This document shows positions 37,061-46,166 of a DNA stretch of 64,000 nt, piece by piece. The position numbers and the translations under genes were made by a program. Origin of the DNA: Sphingobacterium sp. (GTDB taxonomy: Bacteria > Bacteroidota > Bacteroidia > Sphingobacteriales > Sphingobacteriaceae); assembly GCA_040394915.1 (NCBI GenBank), contig JBEBRI010000001.1, forward strand, positions 51,792 to 115,791, written 5' to 3'. Within the stretch, counting starts at the first letter, position 1. Each line of letters begins with the position of its first letter. Under the pieces are notes generated by a model. That model was given only the letters and a program-made list of their open reading frames with translations. It did not search any database and was not told where the DNA came from.

Positions 37061-39409
37061 TTAGTTTTTAATAATACGGTAGGACAGACCGATGCTTGTC
37101 ATTCGTCCCATTTGTCCAGGAATCATGTAATTGATATAATTTGTCATATTATCCATATTCACTCGAATGCTCAATGGCATGCTATCAAATTTCTTTTCGA
37201 TTCCTGCGTAGTAAATGATGTGGCTATCCACATAGCTGTCATATTTGTCGATGAAACGATTTCCATTCAAGTCCATGAACGGGTATTTTCCTCGAAAAAT
37301 AGCACGCAGATTGAAACTTAGATTCCAAGGTTCATAGCGGTAGATGACTCCCAGATTAAATTGATGTCTCGATCGGTTTTCCAATCCCCAATAATCTTTA
37401 ACGGATGGCTTATATGCGTTTCCTGTTTTGGGATCATGTATATTCTGACTGTATGGCCATACATTTGCCCGGATGCTGTCTCGTACCGAGAGATCTTTCG
37501 CGATTAAATATTGGTAACCGCCGGATAGCTGTAGTCCGTTAAATAGTTCGGCTTGCCAATTGGCTTCAATTCCCTTGTTCACTGCACTGGGGAGATTCTG
37601 AAATGAGTAGATTGCCATATTACGCTGACCTGTAGCCACCTGAATACTGTTGATTTGGTTTCGCAAGCGGTGATAGAATACATTCAATTCAATCTGACTG
37701 TTCTTGAAGGGGGCATAATGAACACCTGTATTTAAAGAGGTGTTCTTTTCAGCATTTAGCGACTGATCTAATTGTTTGAGTACTGCGGTTCGAATTTCAG
37801 AAAGTTCTCCAGCGGCATCCATTCGTTCAAGGGTTTCACGTAAAACCTCATTGCCAAGCACATAGTAATTAGCCGAAGGATTATAGAACACCTGATATCG
37901 CGTCCGGAAGTCCGGCGCTTTGAAGCCCGTTGCTATCCCCGTCTTCCATGTGAGTTGATCTGAAAGTTTAATGGTCGTTCCTAAGCTAGGACTCCATTGC
38001 GACCCAAAATTTAAGGTATGATCAAATCGTATGCCTGCTGTAAGAAGCACAAATCTTCCCCAATTATAGTTTCCTTGCCCGTACACACTGCTGGTCAATT
38101 GCTGCCGCTGATTCATGTTAGCTTCTACATTCATTTTTTCTAGTTGAACCATCGCACCTAAAGTCAGATTAAAACCCGCTCTTTGATACGCTGCTTGTTG
38201 CTCGATCTTATGAATGGCTTGTCGAAACCGATCACTTGAAAGCGATGTTGAAGCCTCTCGATTGTTGACGGTAATATCGGATTGATAATGAGAGAAATAA
38301 TAATTTGTGAGACTTTTCCACAGACCAGACCAGCGTTTGTCAAACGATAAGGAAGCATTTAAATCGGTTTCATCCTGCTGATCTATAATTTCGTAATCTG
38401 TAGCATATTTTCTTGTCATTTCAGACTGTCTATTATTGGCGCGAAGGCTAAGGCTTAATAGCTCAGATTCATCTTTTAATTGATGTCGTATTTTCCCTTG
38501 CACAGCGAAATTAGTGTATGGAGGAACCGTAGTTCCTGCTTCCAGATATCGCTTATTGTTATTAAATCCATGGGTTCTATAATAATTGCTTGAAAAAAGT
38601 AAATAGCCTTTGTTCTTGTTGAAATTACGTTCCGCTTCAGCAGTTAGGTCTAGCGTATGGAAGCTTCCATAGTTTGCTTGTAAATGCAATTGCGGAGAGG
38701 TACTCCCGAATCGGGTAATGATATTAATTGCTCCACCTAGGGCATCATTGCCGTACAAGCAGGACGATGCTCCTTTGATAATTTCAATGCGTTCAATGTT
38801 AGAGACTTGAATTCGCGATAGGTCTAAATTTCCAGATTGTCGCCCGAGTAATGGTTGCCCATCGATTAAAATCATGATATATTGACTCGAGAGCCCTTGC
38901 ATTTGTACGCCCACCGAACGACTTCCGCCCGCTGTATTATGGACGATAGCCATGCCTGTTTGTTCACGTAGCACTTCATCCAAACGACGGCTTCCCAGAA
39001 GATCCAGCGTTCGACGATCGATGATAGTGACAGGCATGGCAGAATTTCGAGGATCAATCAGTGTAGGTCTTTTCAATACCTGACCAACGACGGTCACTTC
39101 TTCGATTTGTTGCTCAGCTTTCGAGAGCGTGAAACGGATAGGGTTTCTGTTTGTTGTTAGGTTGATAGACCCCGTGTCTTGTTGATACCCTAAGGCCGTA
39201 ATGGTATATCGGTATTGCCCAGTATAATGAGGGTCTGTTTCGAAATACCCTTTTTTGTTTGTGAATGCTTGGATTTGATCCGGTTGAAAGCGCAGCGTAG
39301 CGTTGCTGATGGGTTGCCCTAAACTATCAATAACATAGCCCTTGAATCTCGCTTTTTGTTGGGCGAGGATCGTTGTAGAGTTGCTATGAACAAGGACCGC
39401 TAAAAACAT
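37061..39409 (-). CDS. TonB-dependent heme receptor (HmuR-like)
   Basis: Plug motif NIERIEIIKGASSCLYGNDALGGAINIIT, GFKAPDF, beta-barrel end. ATG at 39409 preferred over TTG 39490 because a 23-bp operator-like box lies at 39438-39460. Confidence 0.88.
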   Translation of the reverse strand: MFLAVLVHSNSTTILAQQKARFKGYVIDSLGQPISNATLRFQPDQIQAFTNKKGYFETDPHYTGQYRYTITALGYQQDTGSINLTTNRNPIRFTLSKAEQQIEEVTVVGQVLKRPTLIDPRNSAMPVTIIDRRTLDLLGSRRLDEVLREQTGMAIVHNTAGGSRSVGVQMQGLSSQYIMILIDGQPLLGRQSGNLDLSRIQVSNIERIEIIKGASSCLYGNDALGGAINIITRFGSTSPQLHLQANYGSFHTLDLTAEAERNFNKNKGYLLFSSNYYRTHGFNNNKRYLEAGTTVPPYTNFAVQGKIRHQLKDESELLSLSLRANNRQSEMTRKYATDYEIIDQQDETDLNASLSFDKRWSGLWKSLTNYYFSHYQSDITVNNREASTSLSSDRFRQAIHKIEQQAAYQRAGFNLTLGAMVQLEKMNVEANMNQRQQLTSSVYGQGNYNWGRFVLLTAGIRFDHTLNFGSQWSPSLGTTIKLSDQLTWKTGIATGFKAPDFRTRYQVFYNPSANYYVLGNEVLRETLERMDAAGELSEIRTAVLKQLDQSLNAEKNTSLNTGVHYAPFKNSQIELNVFYHRLRNQINSIQVATGQRNMAIYSFQNLPSAVNKGIEANWQAELFNGLQLSGGYQYLIAKDLSVRDSIRANVWPYSQNIHDPKTGNAYKPSVKDYWGLENRSRHQFNLGVIYRYEPWNLSFNLRAIFRGKYPFMDLNGNRFIDKYDSYVDSHIIYYAGIEKKFDSMPLSIRVNMDNMTNYINYMIPGQMGRMTSIGLSYRIIKN

Positions 39410-39437
39410 GAGACGATATAGGTGTTTGAGTTGCAAT

Positions 39438-39460
39438 CTATTTGTATTAATTCTAAATAA
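39438..39460. promoter_or_regulatory. Putative iron-responsive operator, copy 1
   Basis: CTATTTGTATTAATTCTAAATAA, related to copies at 39669 and 43400. Confidence 0.6.
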
Positions 39461-39668
39461 TAGTGCAATATTCCTCAATATTCGGGACAAATAGTTTATT
39501 CAAAACGTAGCTTGTTTTGTTGTATTTGTATGTTTTTTTGTGATATATAGATTTTTCAGCTGAAAGTTCCTGATAAAACAAATGTTGTATATTACTGATA
39601 ATGAGTGTTGTATTGAAAAAGAAGTATACCTGTTGTATTGTGAATTTCGAATATTTTGTGGTGTTCGC

Positions 39669-39691
39669 TTATTTGGAACTATTTTAAATAA
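39669..39691. promoter_or_regulatory. Putative iron-responsive operator, copy 2
   Basis: TTATTTGGAACTATTTTAAATAA imperfect palindrome upstream of the ABC operon. Confidence 0.6.
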
Positions 39692-39727
39692 GTGCTCTAT
39701 TTGTGTTCAATATTAGTACAACAAACA

Positions 39728-40570
39728 ATGAAAATTTATCCATTATCCCGATCAATTCTGATCATTTTGACTTTGATTTCTATCAGTATCTCCGTTCAAG
39801 CAAGCCATCCAAAACGTATTATTTCACTAAGTGGATCGATTACCGAAGTACTTGATGGATTAGGCATAGGAAAGCAAATTGTAGCGGTTGATTTAACGAG
39901 CGACTATCCCGCCTACATCGCTGCCTTGCCGAAGGTTAGTAAGAATCGAAGTGTCACCATCGAATCCCTTAGTTCGTTTCGACCTGATTTGGTCCTTGCC
40001 CTTGAAGGAGAGTTAGCCGCCGATGTACAGGTTCAACTTCAGAAACTTAAAATCCCCTATGTGCTGATTAAGCAGGAATTCTCAAAAATAGGTCTCCAAA
40101 ACTTCATCCTCAACATCGCTAAATCAGTAAATCAAGTGGAAAAAGGACAGCTACTTGCACAAAGTCTTGGCAAAGAACTAACAGCTTTAATGAATAAGTC
40201 TAAGAATTCTGCACAGAAAGTACTGTTTATCTACGCGCGTGGTGCAGGTCATATGAGCGTTGCGGGGCAACAGACAGCAGTTGATGCGGTTATTAGCAAT
40301 GCCGGATTTAAGAATGCTATGAAAGGATTTACGGGCTACAAAACCTATAATACGGAAGCTTTAGTTGCAGCAAATCCCGATGTTATTTTGATGTTTAATT
40401 TCGGTCTTTCTAGTCTAGGCGGCGCTGAAGGTATCGCAAATATGCCAGGTGTAAAACTTACCAAGGCAGGCAAAAACAAAAGAATTGTATCGATGGATGC
40501 GAGTTTACTAAACAACTATAGCCTTCGTCTTCCGGAAGCCATTTCCAAACTACAGCAACTAGTACTTTAG
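39728..40570 (+). CDS. hmuT: Heme ABC transporter substrate-binding protein (HmuT-like)
   Basis: Signal peptide from ATG 39728; RIISLSGSITE, IVAVDLTSDYP, KVLFIYARG, EALVAANPDVIL. Confidence 0.85.
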   Translation: MKIYPLSRSILIILTLISISISVQASHPKRIISLSGSITEVLDGLGIGKQIVAVDLTSDYPAYIAALPKVSKNRSVTIESLSSFRPDLVLALEGELAADVQVQLQKLKIPYVLIKQEFSKIGLQNFILNIAKSVNQVEKGQLLAQSLGKELTALMNKSKNSAQKVLFIYARGAGHMSVAGQQTAVDAVISNAGFKNAMKGFTGYKTYNTEALVAANPDVILMFNFGLSSLGGAEGIANMPGVKLTKAGKNKRIVSMDASLLNNYSLRLPEAISKLQQLVL

Positions 40571-40571
40571 G

Positions 40572-41606
40572 ATGAGGTATAGTATTATTTATATCGTATT
40601 GGGGATATCTCTGCTTTGTTTGATCGTCTTTTCATTAGGAGCTGGCGCCATGAAAATCCCATTTCAAGAAGTTTTTTTATTATTATATAAATCATTGGGA
40701 TTCTCCAACTTGAAAGAAGAAGACGAGCTGCTGAAGAATATCTTGTTAGAAATTCGCGTTCCACGCATCCTGTTCTGTACCCTCATTGGTGCGATATTAG
40801 GAATCACAGGAACGGCGATACAAGGGATATTTAGAAATCCTCTTGCTGAACCTGGTCTTGTTGGCATATCGGCTGGCGCTTCTTTCTTCGCTGCACTAAC
40901 GATTGTATTTGAAACTAGTATAATTGCTTTCCTAGGCAACGCATTTAATCTGTATTTAATTTCCATTGCGGCATTTATAGGCGCTTCAATAGCGGTTTTA
41001 ATAGTCTATCGTATTTCAATGGTCGATGGGAAATCGAATATCGCGACCATGATTCTCGCGGGTATTGCGATCAATGCGCTCGCAGGTGCGGCCACCGGTT
41101 TGATGAGTTACATGGCGACTGAACAGCAGTTACGGAATATTACTTTTTGGTCTTTAGGAAGTATGGCAGGGGCGACGTGGGAATCTGTAAATATCCTAGC
41201 GATATTTAGCATCATAGCAGTCACGCCGTTGTTGTTTTTTGGTAAGTCGCTGAATTTATTTGCACTAGGGGAGTCCCAAGCGGAGATGATGGGGCTAAAT
41301 ACTAAGCGATTAAAAGTATTGATTATTGTTTGCTCGACATTAGCCGTTGGCGTTTCTGTTGCTTTTGCTGGAATAATCGCCTTTGTAGGCTTATTAGTCC
41401 CACATACGCTTCGATTAATAGGGACAGTTGATAATCGCTTTTTACTACCTGCATCTCTCTTGGGCGGGGCTATTGTATTAAACCTAGCCGATCTAATTGC
41501 GCGTACGATCATTCAACCGCTAGAACTACCTATCGGAGTTATCACGGCCTTAATTGGCGCACCAGTTTTTCTAGGAATTTTATTAAAAGAAAAAAGAAAG
41601 TTATAA
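40572..41606 (+). CDS. hmuU: Heme ABC transporter permease (FecCD/HmuU)
   Basis: IRVPR, QGIFRNPLAEPGLVGISAGA, FWSLGS, GIIAFVGLLVPH, ELPIGVITALIGAPVF. Confidence 0.92.
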   Translation: MRYSIIYIVLGISLLCLIVFSLGAGAMKIPFQEVFLLLYKSLGFSNLKEEDELLKNILLEIRVPRILFCTLIGAILGITGTAIQGIFRNPLAEPGLVGISAGASFFAALTIVFETSIIAFLGNAFNLYLISIAAFIGASIAVLIVYRISMVDGKSNIATMILAGIAINALAGAATGLMSYMATEQQLRNITFWSLGSMAGATWESVNILAIFSIIAVTPLLFFGKSLNLFALGESQAEMMGLNTKRLKVLIIVCSTLAVGVSVAFAGIIAFVGLLVPHTLRLIGTVDNRFLLPASLLGGAIVLNLADLIARTIIQPLELPIGVITALIGAPVFLGILLKEKRKL

Positions 41607-41609
41607 ATC

Positions 41610-42425
41610 ATGATACGAATCCAAGCGCTAAATTATGCAGTAAAGAACAGAACCATTATTAAGGATCTCCATCTTTTTATTGACAAGGGCGAGTTTATCA
41701 GTATTATTGGGGCAAACGGTGCTGGCAAAAGTACGCTACTCAAGTTAATCGCGGGAGAGCTAAAGGGAAATAGTGGGAAAATTCTGATCCAAAGCAAGGA
41801 TATTACTGCGCTAAGTATGAAGGAAATGTCGACGTTCCGAGCGTATCTTCATCAGAATAATTTAATGGATATCCCATTTACTGTGGAAGAGGTTATTTCC
41901 ATGGGAAGATACATGAAACAGATGCTTGCCCTCGATAAAAAGATTCTGGAGGAATGCATCAACATCTGTAAGCTGAATCATATTCGAGCACGCTCTATCC
42001 GCGAATTATCAGGAGGTGAACAACAACGTGTCCATTTAGCGCGTGTCCTTGCACAATTATGGGACGTGGAAGAGGGAATCCTACTCTTAGATGAGCCGAT
42101 TTCCAGCATGGATATTCAATATCAACATCAAACCTTGGCGATTGCGAAGGCTTTCAGTAAAGCTGGTTTTACAGTGATCGCCGTATTACACGATTTAAAC
42201 ATGGTCGCGCAATATAGTGATCGAGTGGTGATGATGAAAGCGGGCAGAGTCTGGTGGTATGGTAGTCCAAACGAAGTCTTTAAGCAACAGCATATATACA
42301 GTATTTTTGGGATTGATAGTCTAGTCTATATTAATCCAAAAAATTTGAGAACCGAAATTCAGGCCATTCCCCTGGAATATGATTTGGAGCAGTTTAATTC
42401 GGTACTAATGGCTAGGCGGACCTGA
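41610..42425 (+). CDS. hmuV: Heme ABC transporter ATP-binding protein (HmuV)
   Basis: GANGAGKS, LSGGEQQRVHLARVLAQLW, LLLDEP, VLHDLN. Confidence 0.92.
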   Translation: MIRIQALNYAVKNRTIIKDLHLFIDKGEFISIIGANGAGKSTLLKLIAGELKGNSGKILIQSKDITALSMKEMSTFRAYLHQNNLMDIPFTVEEVISMGRYMKQMLALDKKILEECINICKLNHIRARSIRELSGGEQQRVHLARVLAQLWDVEEGILLLDEPISSMDIQYQHQTLAIAKAFSKAGFTVIAVLHDLNMVAQYSDRVVMMKAGRVWWYGSPNEVFKQQHIYSIFGIDSLVYINPKNLRTEIQAIPLEYDLEQFNSVLMARRT

Positions 42426-43379
42426 CCGATAGATTTCGCTAGGCAGAATGCCATAATACTTTTTAAATGCATGGGTGAAGCTTGCCTGATGTTTAAAACC
42501 AACTTGGGTCGCAATTTCATACATATTTTTTTCTTCATCTAAGATGAGTCGCTTGGCTTCTTCCATGCGCAAGCGAGTGATAAAGTTATAAATGGTGGTC
42601 CCGAAATAACGTTTAAAACCATTCCGGAGCTTAAACTCATTTAGGAGTACGATTTTAGATAACTGACGCTGTGTCGGTGGATCTACAAATTGTTGAGTCA
42701 GGATCTTCTTAGCATCTTCTAACTTTAGAATATCTTCGGTCCTGATCTCCTCTATATCTTTCTCAACAGCTAATCCAAACTGTTCAAATTGATACATGAT
42801 AAGCTCTAATACCTTTGCGTTCGTAAAGATCTGTTTTAGTTCTTTTTTATCTTTTATTTTCCCAAGTTCTTCAATGGTATGGAGCATTTCCATCGTGGCC
42901 GGCAAATCCTCCTTAAATATAGAAACTGCGTTTCGTTGGGTCATCCGCTGCTTAAATTGGTCTTGCAGCGGATTATAGATCGTAACTAAGTTATGATAGA
43001 AGTTGGGGGTCATGACCAATAGAATGTACAAGCATCGCTGGTTTTCAGGAACTACATGCTCTTCATTCATATACGGCAAGTACCGGATATTATGCTTACT
43101 AAAGGTTGGCTTGTTGTGTTGGTTAACGCCGATGATGAATTGACTGACGATTGCTTCACTATCAATCTCTGCATGAATACTTCCCGATTCACTGAAAGTC
43201 ATTTCCGCTTGGATGATAAAAATACCTTTGCTTAATATCTGATAGGAACTTATGCGAATAGGGTACTTATTGATGCTGATGTTTTTCTCTGATAAATCTC
43301 TATGAAGACTATTTTCTTCTGAGAGTTCTTCCCAAAACAACCATTCATTATGCTCCTTTATCTTTGCCCTTATCTTCAT
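42405..43379 (-). CDS. AraC-family regulator (PchR-like)
   Basis: AKVLEL, LNEFKLRNGFKRYFGTTIY...RMEEAK, IATQVGF....FTHAFKKYYGILPS. Confidence 0.9.
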   Translation of the reverse strand: MKIRAKIKEHNEWLFWEELSEENSLHRDLSEKNISINKYPIRISSYQILSKGIFIIQAEMTFSESGSIHAEIDSEAIVSQFIIGVNQHNKPTFSKHNIRYLPYMNEEHVVPENQRCLYILLVMTPNFYHNLVTIYNPLQDQFKQRMTQRNAVSIFKEDLPATMEMLHTIEELGKIKDKKELKQIFTNAKVLELIMYQFEQFGLAVEKDIEEIRTEDILKLEDAKKILTQQFVDPPTQRQLSKIVLLNEFKLRNGFKRYFGTTIYNFITRLRMEEAKRLILDEEKNMYEIATQVGFKHQASFTHAFKKYYGILPSEIYRSGPPSH

Positions 43380-43399
43380 TTGCTTTGCAAAGATACTAG

Positions 43400-43422
43400 T
43401 TATTTATAATTAATCTAAATAA
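43400..43422. promoter_or_regulatory. Putative iron-responsive operator, copy 3
   Basis: TTATTTATAATTAATCTAAATAA next to the minus-strand TATCTTTG promoter element (43388-43395) of the AraC gene. Confidence 0.62.
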
Positions 43423-43437
43423 ATAGTAAGGATGGAA

Positions 43438-44580
43438 CTAAGTATTTTTCCCCATATTCAGATTCCAATGTTGAAAAAATCTTGGAAAAGCGAGTTGCCA
43501 ATAAGCAGCACCATGTTTACCATGTTGATTGATATCCAACTCAATTGCCCCTCTATAATTTTTGCTCAGGAAATCAATGTATTTCACGAGTTCTTTCTTC
43601 ATGTCATTTTCCGTTGTTTTATGGTCGAATCGCTTTTCTTTTCCGCCAACGTAAAAGTATAAGGTCTGATTCTTATAATCAGTGCCATGTTTCAACAACT
43701 TGTTTAACGACTTTAAATAAAGCGCTTCTTCGTCCATCCAGATAGAGGGAGAGAATGAGCCTATAGTACCAAATACATCGGGATATAGTAAACCAGCATA
43801 AATGCTAATTAATCCACCAATGGAACTCCCCGCAATTGCCGTATTTGCTGCGTCTGGATAAGTTCGGTATTGATCATCGATAAATGGTTTAAGTTCCTGA
43901 ACGATATCCTCCAAATAGAGTAAGCCTTTAGGGTTTTTAATCTCTTCAGTCGCCGACAGCATATATTCTTGTGCACGGAGCTCGTAATTTGCAGCATGGT
44001 AAATCGCGACAACTATTGCTTCATGGGCTGACTGATCAATTGTGTTATCAACTTGCCATTCCACAGGCCCTGAGCGTCCTACAGAAGTCGCCTCATCGAA
44101 TAAATGTTGACCGTCGTGCATATAAAGAACCGGATATCGCTTTTCGGATTCTCTATATCCTTTTGGCAGGTAAATCATGATTTTTCGATGTACATTAAGA
44201 CTCGGAAAGTAAAAGTGTTCATCTAATATGGTAACCTGTTTACTCGCCGTGCTTGCCGGAAAATCATCTCGCCATGCATCAATCGCTATTTCTAAGGTTG
44301 ATTCTTTTGAATGATTAAGCCAAACCGCCGGCGCCAACTGTCCCGCAGCTGTTGCAAACAAGGTTTTGAAATTACCGCGCGATAATTTAAACTCATGTTC
44401 CCCAGCCTTGAGTTCGGGGAGGACAAATTCTATACTTTCTCCCTTCTTGGGGATGGTGCCCAGCAAAAGGTGTTCGTCCGACCAATTATTCAATGTTCCG
44501 GCTAGGTATACCTGCTCACCAACATGCTTCTCGTCTTGATTAACAATATGTAAATGCAGGGGGTAATAGTGTTTCGTCAT
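43438..44580 (-). CDS. Alpha/beta hydrolase (putative esterase) with N-terminal CBM20/48-like domain
   Basis: VYLAGTLNNW...EFKLSRG N-domain; YLPKGY, YPVLYMHDGQHLFD, GSSIGG nucleophile elbow, FSPSIW, H...W. Confidence 0.85.
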   Translation of the reverse strand: MTKHYYPLHLHIVNQDEKHVGEQVYLAGTLNNWSDEHLLLGTIPKKGESIEFVLPELKAGEHEFKLSRGNFKTLFATAAGQLAPAVWLNHSKESTLEIAIDAWRDDFPASTASKQVTILDEHFYFPSLNVHRKIMIYLPKGYRESEKRYPVLYMHDGQHLFDEATSVGRSGPVEWQVDNTIDQSAHEAIVVAIYHAANYELRAQEYMLSATEEIKNPKGLLYLEDIVQELKPFIDDQYRTYPDAANTAIAGSSIGGLISIYAGLLYPDVFGTIGSFSPSIWMDEEALYLKSLNKLLKHGTDYKNQTLYFYVGGKEKRFDHKTTENDMKKELVKYIDFLSKNYRGAIELDINQHGKHGAAYWQLAFPRFFQHWNLNMGKNT

Positions 44581-44705
44581 GGTCGTTCAATTAAGCTTAC
44601 GTATCGTTTATATGTGTATTGTAAATGCTTAATTTAGAGAGATTATAGTGAACAAGCGAAACTATTTATCTATTTATGACGATTCACTGATGATTGTGCT
44701 ACATG

Positions 44706-45365
44706 CTACATTTCCACCGCGCCCACATATCGACTGTTCGTGCTACGAATAGGTAGGTTGACAGATGCAAATGCAATATATAGATGCTGAGTAATTTTAT
44801 GATCGTATGTTAGAATATTGATCTGTTGAAAACCGTCGGTAATTGAATTTCCAGCGCTTAAACCCTGTACATTCCAATTTTCTAAATCACTCGGGATAAT
44901 CATAATATATGCGCGCATATCGTATCCTTCCATACGCACTAAGGCATTTTCGTCGATTTGCCAGCGAATGGTCAAAAGTTTCTTTCTTCGATCTAGACTA
45001 AAGGAAACTTGCTTCAACGGGTCGGGCATATCCCGGCTGAATGCCAGCGAATTCCAATCCATCGCAATCCCGTCGGCGTCACTCTTTACGGCATTCCTCA
45101 AATTATAGGACATTGCACGATTGTAGGCTGTCCCATTCCCTGTGCCATACTGAAAACCAAATTTGATAAACTGCAGCATATGAATAACGTGTTGTTGTAC
45201 GAGCTTAAATTTTGAGCGGGTGAGTTGAGCGATTGCCGATTGCTTACGTTCCATACGTTTCGAAGGAACAGAACGTATATATCCAATTCCATTGCGTTCG
45301 TAGTAGATAACATTCCCTAGTTTCCCAGAAACCAATCCATGTACTCCGTTTTTTGTCGTTGCCAT
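44706..45365 (-). CDS. DUF6266-like protein
   Basis: N-terminus MATTKNGVHGLVSGKLGNVIYYERNGIGYIRSVP...Q...RSKF, AYNRAMSYN, C-terminal S.YVG; recognised from memory of this Bacteroidota family. Confidence 0.75.
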   Translation of the reverse strand: MATTKNGVHGLVSGKLGNVIYYERNGIGYIRSVPSKRMERKQSAIAQLTRSKFKLVQQHVIHMLQFIKFGFQYGTGNGTAYNRAMSYNLRNAVKSDADGIAMDWNSLAFSRDMPDPLKQVSFSLDRRKKLLTIRWQIDENALVRMEGYDMRAYIMIIPSDLENWNVQGLSAGNSITDGFQQINILTYDHKITQHLYIAFASVNLPIRSTNSRYVGAVEM

Positions 45366-45482
45366 TTTATTGTTGTTTAAAAGTATTTTCTTTAAAATTA
45401 ATAGATAAAGCTTAGGTCAGGTTTAAAGAATTATCAATTCTATATTAAACTATTTTATCTCCCTTGAGAGTCGGAGGAAATT

Positions 45483-45526
45483 AGGACTTGAATGGGACTT
45501 GAAAGGGAAGTGAAAGGGATCTGAAG
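45483..45526. repeat. 11-bp tandem repeat, 4 units
   Basis: aggacttgaat / gggacttgaaa / gggaagtgaaa / gggatctgaag. Confidence 0.75.
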
Positions 45527-45807
45527 TGTATGAGCATACCAAGAAACCTGCTGCTACGAGGGTGTCGAGATAAAGAGCGTACGTAGGGTAATATTGAAAC
45601 TAGGGTAGCAGGGTCGGATGCCAAACATACGCTTATTCTGCAAACTGAACAAAGTTTTTGTGCAGGTGAGTGGTTAACACATCATCAAGGGAAGCGCGGT
45701 TTGTGTGAACCCTTCCTTGCTGTTAAGATGTGCTCGAACTAAAACATTTTTGTTATTTGCCTTGTTTAAGGATTGACATCGATGGTTGAACGAAAAAGAA
45801 AAAGAAG

Positions 45808-45993
45808 ATGGGAACACAAAATAACCAAGGGAGATCAAACAATCCGGTAAACCCTGCCACTCAGGCGAAGCAATTTCAGAATAAGGATAAGCTCGATAGC
45901 CGGGAGCATGAAGAAAATGAATTCAAAGGCGAAGATATCACGCACAACAAGAAGGAGAAGAAAAGCGAGAATAAACAAAAGGATGACGAGTAG
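45808..45993 (+). CDS. Small hydrophilic protein (61 aa)
   Basis: A-rich translation initiation region, ATG start, own terminator directly downstream. Confidence 0.6.
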   Translation: MGTQNNQGRSNNPVNPATQAKQFQNKDKLDSREHEENEFKGEDITHNKKEKKSENKQKDDE

Positions 45994-46004
45994 CTTTCAT
46001 CGTT

Positions 46005-46040
46005 TAAAGGCGGTCTTTAGGAGTAAAGGCCGCCTTTATA
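46005..46040 (+). terminator. Intrinsic terminator
   Basis: TAAAGGCGGTCTTTA-ggag-TAAAGGCCGCCTTTA. Confidence 0.8.
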
Positions 46041-46133
46041 TCTTGTCGCCTTACCTTTCGTTTTAGATCCCGTAAGCATTTATCGACGTTTAATAACGGA
46101 TATGATGCAGAAGTATGCGAGTAATTTGATAAA

Positions 46134-46145
46134 TTGTATACATTT
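46134..46145. promoter_or_regulatory. Putative GntR operator TTGTATACATTT (autoregulatory)
   Basis: TGTATACA palindromic core; identical 12-mer at 46901-46912. Confidence 0.65.
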
Positions 46146-46166
46146 GTATATAGGATTTAGTTCATT

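Noticed and set aside
45483-45526. CRISPR array (also considered for 17788-17831)
   Set aside because: Units are 11 bp, contiguous and without spacers; no cas genes.
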